Below are positions 60,198-64,000 of a stretch of DNA of 64,000 nt, piece by piece. The notes beneath the pieces were generated by a model. It worked only from the letters and a program-made list of their open reading frames with translations. It had not been told where the DNA came from and ran no database searches. The stretch spans positions 248,001-312,000 of the forward strand of contig JAVKOQ020000014.1 in the NCBI GenBank assembly GCA_031835245.2, written 5' to 3'. A program made the position numbers and the translations under genes. The DNA is from Balamuthia mandrillaris (taxonomy: Eukaryota). Positions within the stretch are counted from its first letter, which is position 1. Every line of letters begins with the position of its first letter.

Positions 60198-60630
60198 GAG
60201 AGAAAAATGCTTTTTTGTAGACATTACCAATATTATCAGACATTATATTACCATAATACATATAATATACAGTCAATATCAGTCAATGTCGACATTGTAG
60301 ATCACTATATATTATGTCGACTAATTTTTGATTGTTCGTTGGGTGATTTTTTGATTAACAAGATCTGGTGGTAGTCACTTGAAGGAATCAGAATTGTGTC
60401 CAGTTGTTTCGTATTCATGTCGGTTATTCTGCTGGACAACACTCCCCCTCCAATTCTCTGGCAATGTTCTGCATGCACGAAGAGAGAAAAAGAAAAGGGA
60501 AACGCCGTTTCGTGAGGGAAAAGTGGTAAGAAAAGATTGAAAGAAAGACTCCCCACCGTTCATGATCTCTTCTTTCTTTCTTCCTTCTTTCTTTCTGTCT
60601 GTTGCAAGAACAAACTTTGAGAGAAGCAAA

Positions 60631-62109
60631 ATGGCTGAGCAGAAACGCTACAGATATCGAGTACACGCCACCCGCCTGGGGCAGCCCGAACGCCGATGAC
60701 GATGCCGCCGGCGGCAGCGAGACCTCCCCTCTGCTCCTCTCCTCTCCTTCCTCTCTTCCGTTCCCCTCCTCACAGGAAGAAGAACGGCGAACGAACAGAG
60801 GGTGGTGGCGAAGAGTCCTTTCCGCGGCCAACAAGCACAAATACATCCTCCTCTGGGTGGTGGCCTCCATCGTCACCGGCGTGGCGCAAGGGGTGTACTT
60901 GAAGCAAGTGGGCACGGCCATGCCCGACTTTCCCTACTTCATCTTCTGGCTCACCACCATCTTCTTCGTGATAGCGTTCTATGCCTTCTTGTTTGTGGTT
61001 TGGCTGATGGGAGGCATTCCGCGGAGCATGTGGTTGGTTGTGTTGTTTTTTATTTAAGTATTCTCCTTTCAACGGTTAACCAACGTTTCTTCCTTTCTTT
61101 CTCTGCTGGTTTCGTTTCAACAGGAGCATACCGCAGTACAAGTTTATGATCATCGGCACGTTGACCACTTTGAAAGGCATATTCATGCTCTTCTCCAACT
61201 CACACGTGCCTGGCGTCATGCAAGCCTTGCTCGGACCCGTTAGTATCTCTCGTTCTCTCGTTCTCTTTTTCTCACTTCTCTCTGCACGTTCATTCTCTCA
61301 TTTTTCATGTCTTTTCTGCTGTCTTCTCCGTCTTTCAGACCGTTGTGACGATACCGATGGCGATGGGGTGCTCTTTCTTGTTGCTCAAGTCCAGATATGC
61401 ATGGAAGCAAGTGGGAGCGGTGGTGCTCATCATGGCGAGCCTCTTCATTGCTCTCTGCCCTTCTTTCTTTGGAACGGGACACAAAGACACAGGAAACGTG
61501 GGGTGGAACTTTTGTTTCCTGTTTGGTTCTCTGCCGTTGACCATCGCCACGGTGTACCAAGAGAAAGTCTTTGAGGATGTGGTATGCTTTTCCTTTTCTT
61601 CCTTCTTTTTCCCTTGCGTTCCTAACACGCGAGCACGAAACACAGCCGATCCACATGGCTTACATGCTGGCATGGGGATCATTATACTCCCATGATGAAC
61701 TTGAGTGCGAAGGCAAGAGACGGAATCCATCTCTCCATACAACTATGGAGCATTGGCCGTTCTCCTCGTTGGAGTGATTCTCTATCGAGTGTTTGACCGT
61801 TCGGCTTTGCAGAAAGAAGTGGCAGAGAAGGAGTCGATTATCGTGATGGAAGAAGAAGATGAAGAGAAGAATGAGAAGAAGAAAGTGACGATCAGCAAAG
61901 AAAGAGCGTATGTGTCCTTGACGGCGGTGCCAGGGTATGGATTGGCCCATGGAAAGGTGTATGTGAAGCAGCCAAAGCGGAGAGCGATGCAACCACGACA
62001 AGGGGCAAGCAAAGCGTGGACGATTGTTATGAATGATGGCGGTAATGCGTCTTCGTCAGGAGGTGATGGTGCCTCTTCTTCGGTGGACCCAACGAATTAT
62101 TGGACCATT

Positions 62110-62112
<3 letters not shown>
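60631..62112 (+). pseudogene. CRT-like (chloroquine resistance transporter-like) gene copy 1, disrupted
   Basis: +1 base near 60667 relative to copy 2; about 0.5 kb deletion with a 30-bp inversion at 61687-61716, causing a frameshift. Confidence 0.75.
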
Positions 62113-62142
<30 letters not shown>

Positions 62143-62473
62143 TGTTTGTTTTAGTATTTAACAAAAAGGCAACACAGTCCTTGTGTTGCAGGGCCGACTT
62201 GTGGTATATGCCGCATGTTTTCTTGGCTTGTTTGTTTCCCACCGCTTGCTTTCCTCCCTCTCAAAATAACCTTCCCACTCGCACAAGGTAAAAGGCCGAG
62301 TAGAGTGTTTTTCTATGTTCACGCTAAGCGGGAAAAAGAGTTCACGTTTTCTCAAGCGTGGAATTAAGAGACTGCCAAGTTTGCTTTCACTTCATGAAAC
62401 TGCTTTCTCCCCTTTCCTTCTCCTTCTCCTTCTTCCGGCACACACGGCCTACTCCCAGAGGGATAATTATTAA

Positions 62474-64000
62474 ATGACGGAACGGAAACGCAACCGGTAC
62501 CAGCTCAGGCCACCTGCCTGGGGCAGCCTTATCGACGATAGCGATGCCTCCGGCACCGACGAGGCCTACTCCCCCCTGCTCCTCTCTTCTCCTTCCTCTC
62601 TCCCCTTCTCCTCTTCCCCTATACAAGCGACCACAGCGGGAGAAGAAGAACGGCCCCCAAAAACAGGTCGGTGGCGAAGAGTCCTGTCAGCAGCGAACAA
62701 GCACAAATACATCCTCCTCTGGGTGGCGGCTTCCATCCTCACCAGCATGGCGCAGGAGGTGTGCTTGAAGCAAGTGGGCACAGCCATGCCCGACTTTCCC
62801 TACTTCATCTTCTGGCTCAGTTCATGATCATTGGGGCATTGTCCACCTTGTCCGGCATATGCCTGGTCTTCTCCAACCCGCACGTGCCTGGCGTCATGCA
62901 AGCCTTGCTCGGACCCGTTTGATTTTTCTCACTTGCCTCTTTGCTTTTTTCTTCTCTCTTCTCTTGCTGAGATCTTTATCCATTGCTTCTCCATGGCGCA
63001 GAGAGTGGTGACGGTACCGATGGCGATGGGGTGCTCTTTCTTGTTGCTCAAGTCCAGATATGCATGGAAGCAAGTGGGAGCGATGGTGCTCATCATGGCG
63101 GGTCTCTTCATTGCTCTCTGTCCCTCATTCTTTGGAACTGGGAACAGAGACACCGGAAACGTGGGGTGGAACTTTTGTTTCCTGTTTGGTTCTCTGCCGT
63201 TGACCATCGCCACGGTGTACCAAGAGAAAGTCTTTGTGGATGCGGTATGCTTTTCTTTGTTTCTTCCTTCTATATTTGTCTGCACTGCTTCTACGATGAC
63301 CTAAAACACGGATGCGGAACAAACATACAGCCCATACACATGGCCTTCATGTTGGCATGGATATGCTTCTACCAACTCGTGGCCGTCTTCATGACGTTTG
63401 CGGTGGACTGCATTCCCGGGTTCGGCAGCAGCACCTTCAACAACTTTGTTGAGTTTGTATATCTCGCTTTGTAGTTCTTCTCTTTAAAAACCGCCTCGGC
63501 TAACACATGAACAGACATCAAACGGCGGCCTTGAAATGTCTCTTCCACGGAGCGGTGGAACATTCGCACTGTCCCGGTTAGGATTCTTTATTCTGCACGT
63601 TTCCGCGTTCATCCTCTCTTTTCTCTCTTTAGTCTCTTTCTTTCTCTTTCTTTGTTGCTTCCTTCTCATACTCCTCTGCAATGTGAATATCAGAGTGTCA
63701 TTGCGACAGGGCATGGCTACCAATGCTACTCTTCATCATCGCTGGCATTCTCACCAACTTTGCCCAGCTGGGAGTGGTCAAATACGGCAACGCCACCTTT
63801 CTCTTCATCGTTTCCACTTTGACCCTGCCGCTCACCGAGTTTGCCTTCGCACTCAAGTTCATCATGGGAGAGGAGGAGACGGAATCCATCTCTCCATACA
63901 ACTATGGAGCATTGGCCGTTCTCCTCGTTGGAGTAACTCTCTATCAAGCATTTGACCGCTCACCTTTGCAGAAAGAAGCGAAGGGGAAGGAAGCGAGTGT
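62474..64000 (+). pseudogene. CRT-like transporter gene copy 2, with internal deletion; runs off the window
   Basis: MPDFPYF, VPGVMQALL, IATVYQEK, LAWICFYQ, DCIPGFG, VVKYGNATF motifs; about 190 bp missing at 62819 gives TGA at 62825-62827. Confidence 0.7.

Noticed and set aside
60305..60629. Minus-strand ORFs between HUS1 and CRT copy 1
   Set aside because: No recognisable homology or convincing gene structure

Overview
Gene-dense, intron-rich eukaryotic nuclear DNA with short GT-AG introns, many containing CT/TTC microsatellites. The gene families (Frizzled-like GPCR, CRT-like transporters, ComC-type surface proteins) suggest an amoebozoan, possibly Balamuthia-like; this is inference only. 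Recognisable genes: a kinase 3' end, an RPAP3-like TPR co-chaperone, cyclophilin PPIL3, elongator and initiator tRNA-Met, an LRR gene, a Frizzled/Smoothened-like receptor, valyl-tRNA synthetase, a USP protein, an EEP-family enzyme, a LIM/DA1-like peptidase, a VIT-vWA protein, mitochondrial-type uS14, a DH-PH RhoGEF, HUS1 and two damaged CRT-like genes. Main points of interest: (1) five tandem tRNA B-box-like cores, each followed by a T-tract, directly upstream of an intronless nuclear rps14; (2) the 10-mer TCATGTCGTC found 8 times, always intergenic; (3) four tandem paralogues of an unrecognised five-exon gene with a Cys/His tail; (4) a co-duplicated and inverted cassette of secreted beta-propeller and single-pass receptor genes with a gene-conversion-like tract; (5) a deletion with a 30-bp micro-inversion in a CRT-like gene. 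Exon boundaries were read by eye, so spliced gene coordinates are approximate spans.
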